Shown in pieces: positions 61,482 to 64,000 of a stretch of 64,000 nucleotides of DNA. Numbering within the stretch: the first letter of the stretch is position 1; each line of letters begins with the position of its first letter. The notes below the pieces were generated by a model. It saw only the letters and a list, made by a program, of their open reading frames with translations, was not told the origin of the DNA and ran no database searches. A program made the position numbers and the translations under genes. Location of the stretch: NCBI RefSeq assembly GCF_036971445.1, contig NC_091470.1:178436001-178500000 (forward strand), in the 5' to 3' direction. This DNA is from Narcine bancroftii. Its lineage: Eukaryota.

Positions 61482-61628
61482 CAGTCAGCGTCTCTCCGCG
61501 CTGCAGCACCTCCTCGATGTTGGTCACCATGATGCGCTGTACGTCCTGGAGCTCGGTGTTGATAGACCCGAGTCTGCGGTGGGACCATGAGTCACTGTAC
61601 GACTTCTTCAGCTTCTGGATGTAGGTGT
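61482..61628 (-). CDS. SEC22B: SEC22B-like R-SNARE, penultimate coding exon
   Basis: (D)[48 protein letters not shown]; ccctgcag|..|gtgagg; 147 nt, phase 1-1. Confidence 0.94.
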
Positions 61629-62461
61629 CTGCAGGGAGGGGGGGGGGGTGGGAGGGAAGGTTAAATCAACGGGAGAGGGGGGTGTTAGACTGGCAGAGGT
61701 GGGGGAATTCCCATGTTGACAGATCGTCCAGTGAACCTCTGATCATCAGATTCTAGATCAGGGAAACAAGCCCTTTGGCCCAATCTGCCCATGCAAGCCA
61801 AGTGACCTTCCTGAGCTGGTACTATTTCTCCACAGTCTGCCCATATCCCCCTCAATCTCATGAGGTGGCGCGAGACACACGAGTCTCAACATGAACAGGA
61901 CGAAGGGGATGATCGTGGATTCATGAGAACTAGAACGACCGCCCTCCACTACTCTGGAGTGGAGAGAACCAAGTTCCTTGGAGTTCACTGAACTAGTGAC
62001 CTGTCGTGAACTCAACATCTCCTCACTTGTCAGGAAGGCGCAACAGAGACTGCACTTCCTGGGTAGACTGAAGCGGGCGAGGCTACCGGCCACCATCATG
62101 TCAAAGAGCTCGATCGTGAGTGTCCCGGCCAGCAGGTCACAGTGGGGGGTACAGTTGCTGCAGAGAAATGGATCAGAGGTCAGTCCACACCAATGATGCA
62201 CCCTAGGCCACATCCCGAGCACCCCCACACCCATTGAATATCGCTGAGCGGAGAGGGGAGGGAGGTTAGTGGTGGCGCTGAGCAGGCGGTAATGACGTCA
62301 ACATAACACGACGGCCAGCAAGACAGCTCTTGTGAGAACGCCTGGTCGCTGTTTATATGGCTCACTTCTGCCACCCCGTGTCTGGCCAGAAAATTACTGC
62401 ACCAACTTCATTCAACCACAGCAAGACTGAAGGTTCGAAACGTCTTTCCCCCCCCCCCCCC

Positions 62462-63163
62462 CACTTTCCCCTCACCGACCCCCCTTTCCCCTCACCGACC
62501 CCCCTTTCCCCTCACCGACCCCCCTTTCCCTCACCGACCCCCCTTTCCCCTCACCGACCCCCCTTTCCCCTCACCGACCCCCCTTTCCCCTCACCGACCC
62601 CCCTTTCCCCTCACCGACCCCCCTTTCCCCTCACCGACCCCCCTTTCCCCTCACCGACCCCCCTTTCCCCCTCACCGACCCCCCTTTCCCCTCACCGACC
62701 CCCCTTTCCCCTCACCGACCCCCCTTTTCCCCTCACCGACCCCCCTTTCCCCTCACCGACCCCCCTTTCCCCTCACCGACCCCCCTTTCCCCTCACCGAC
62801 CCCCCTTTCCCCTCACCGACCCCCCTTTCCCCTCACCGACCCCCCTTTCCCCTCACCGACCCCCCTTTCCCCTCACCGACCCCCCCTTTCCCCTCACCGA
62901 CCCCCCTTTCCCCTCACCGACCCCCCTTTCCCCTCACCGACCCCCCTTTCCCCTCACCGACCCCCCTTTCCCCTCACCGACCCCCCTTTCCCCTCACCGA
63001 CCCCCCTTTCCCCTCACCGACCCCCCTTTCCCCTCACCGACCCCCCTTTCCCCTCACCGACCCCCCTTTCCCCTCACCGACCCCCCCTTTCCCCTCACCG
63101 ACCCCCCCTTTCCCCTCACAGCACCCCCTTTCCCCTCCCAGCACCCCCTTTCCCCTCCCAGCA
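62462..63163. repeat. ~20-bp C-rich minisatellite (TTTCCCCTCACCGACCCCC)n
   Basis: Direct periodicity, running into the gap. Confidence 0.92.
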
Positions 63164-63355
63164 NNNNNNNNNNNNNNNNNNNNNNNNNNNNNNNNNNNNN
63201 NNNNNNNNNNNNNNNNNNNNNNNNNNNNNNNNNNNNNNNNNNNNNNNNNNNNNNNNNNNNNNNNNNNNNNNNNNNNNNNNNNNNNNNNNNNNNNNNNNNN
63301 NNNNNNNNNNNNNNNNNNNNNNNNNNNNNNNNNNNNNNNNNNNNNNNNNNNNNNN
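63164..63355. other. Assembly gap (192 N)
   Basis: Run of N. Confidence 1.
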
Positions 63356-64000
63356 GATTTTTCCATCGCCCCCAGTTGGGCGGCAGTGCCTACTTTGGGA
63401 ATCACTAATCCACAGGATCATCAGAGCAGCAGAGAGGATCAGTGGGGTCTCCCTCCCCACCATCGACAGGATCGTCGACATACAACCATACCCACAGAAC
63501 AAATGCAGGACAAGTATTCATATATAGAAATAAATCAATGTTTTTTGGTAAAAATGACGGTCTTGGGGAGGGTCAGTGTGAGCAGTTCATCATTCTCTCT
63601 GCCCGTGGGAAGAAGCTGTTCCTCAGCCTAGTGGGGCTGGCTCGGATCCTCCCGGATCTCTTCCCCGACGGGAGCAGATGAAAGATGCTGTGTGCGAGGT
63701 GGAAGGGGTCCTCAGTGATTTTACACGCTCTCTTCATACAACGATCCCGGTAGATCCTGTCGATAGGAAGAGGGGTGGGGAAGAATGGTCTCCATGATCC
63801 TCTCAGTTGCTTTTCCACAACTATCCGCATTTCACCTCTCATTTCCCCCATCCTCATTCACCGGGATCTCGCCTCTCACCTCCCCCCATCCTCAATGTGA
63901 AAAATATCCCCTCAGCTTCCTTTTAAATTCTTGCCTTCCAATTTAAACCTATGCCCTCTGGATTGGACTTTAACCCAGGGTTAGGGAAGGTTCATCTTAT

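Noticed and set aside
62357-63631. 424-aa extensin-like ORF
   Set aside because: Minisatellite plus N gap

Overview
Repeat-dense vertebrate genomic DNA, most likely a cartilaginous fish (inferred from HE1-like SINEs, CR1/HER1-like LINEs and the style of the B30.2 domain), with two assembly gaps. I found two host genes, both on the minus strand. (1) An apparently intact butyrophilin (BTN)-family gene reconstructed from 7 coding exons (leader 47710-47800, IgV 45135-45482, IgC 43333-43617, TM 26187-26306, 27-nt exons 23136-23162 and 15066-15092, B30.2 13475-14049), 1473 nt = 490 aa, all introns GT-AG and phase 1. (2) The last two coding exons of a divergent SEC22B-like R-SNARE (61482-61628, 60699-60847). 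The rest is mostly transposable elements: L1, RTE, CR1, Rex1/Babar-like LINEs, Penelope-like elements, Gypsy elements and solo LTRs, SINEs, DNA-transposon relics, minisatellites and a 4.2-kb 37-bp satellite. Highlights: a Gypsy element with no tRNA PBS whose PBS position is instead complementary to its own LTR (candidate self-priming or poly(A) occlusion); a five-layer nested insertion containing a full-length L1 with both ORFs recoverable; twin-priming-type inversions in both long RTE copies; an in-frame RTE-L1 chimeric ORF; an 81-bp perfect templated capture at a CR1 5' junction; and SEC22B-like/BTN linkage suggestive of an MHC-paralogous region. All family assignments and reference comparisons come from motif recognition and memory; no database searches were run.
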